Part shown: positions 63,828-64,000 of the stretch, piece by piece
Layout of the letters: every line of letters starts with the position of its first letter
Numbering within the stretch: position 1 is the stretch's first letter
Assembly: GCA_009692435.1 (NCBI GenBank)
Contig: SHZE01000003.1
Coordinates: 797 to 64,796, forward strand
Source of the DNA: Deltaproteobacteria bacterium
GTDB taxonomy: Bacteria > Desulfobacterota > Binatia > Bin18
Direction of reading: 5' to 3'
DNA: 64,000 bases
Position numbers and translations under genes: made by a program
Notes under the pieces: generated by a model
Databases searched by the model: none
Told to the model about the DNA's origin: nothing
The model's input: only the letters and a program-made list of their open reading frames with translations

Positions 63828-64000
63828 ATGATCTACCTCGACTATAACGCCACGACGCCGTTACGAACGGAAGTGCTGGAGGCGATGCTGCCTTATTTCC
63901 AGATGCACTTTGGCAATCCGTCAAGCGTGCATTGGGCAGGGCGACAGGCCAAACACGGCGTGGAAGAGGCACGTGAGCGCATTGCCGAGTTTCTTCACTG
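63828..64000 (+). CDS. cysteine desulfurase (NifS/IscS family), 5' partial at the window edge
   Basis: My translation from ATG 63828 is MIYLDYNATTPLRTEVLEAMLPYFQMHFGNPSSVHWAGRQA..., a typical class V aminotransferase N-terminus. Confidence 0.85.
   Translation, partial: MIYLDYNATTPLRTEVLEAMLPYFQMHFGNPSSVHWAGRQAKHGVEEARERIAEFLH

Overview
This is a GC-rich, gene-dense chromosomal segment that looks like it comes from an uncultured diderm bacterium. The lineage cannot be assigned from sequence alone. I support about 60 protein-coding genes and one tRNA-Pro(GGG). I see no rRNA, CRISPR array, transposase, integrase or phage genes. Most genes are housekeeping or central metabolism: two thiolases, enoyl-CoA hydratase, several SDRs, two ThDP enzymes, coaBC, trmB, tkt, folP, queG, der, feoAB, surE-pcm, and the 5' end of a cysteine desulfurase. 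Four things stand out. (1) A DsbA/FrnE-like gene (57581..58201, minus) has an in-frame TGA exactly at the first Cys of its CXXC motif. It is most simply read as an unannotated selenoprotein (U-P-W-C), and the ORF track truncates it. (2) A 15-kb envelope locus (40238..55354) is bracketed by two paralogous COG1033/MMPL-type RND transporters. It combines DUF1329, DUF1302 and a BNR beta-propeller lipoprotein with a GldA/F/G-like ABC-2 transporter, DUF4340 and two unknown envelope proteins. This is my best candidate for an uncharacterised trans-envelope export system. (3) A co-directional block (19869..24647, minus) links a MoaD/ThiS-like carrier that has a GG-IA tail and a rhodanese-MoeB fusion to a poly-[4Fe-4S] protein, an FAD oxidoreductase and an orphan NuoI-like ferredoxin. 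(4) Intergenic hairpins built from short tandem words are pervasive. The words are GGCAAAA, GGAGAATC, ACGTAAA, TATGGC, GGGGACA and TGAGTCA. The purine-rich arm is always 5' and the pyrimidine-rich arm 3', and some of them run into coding 3' ends. All functional calls rest on motif recognition by eye. No database search was run.
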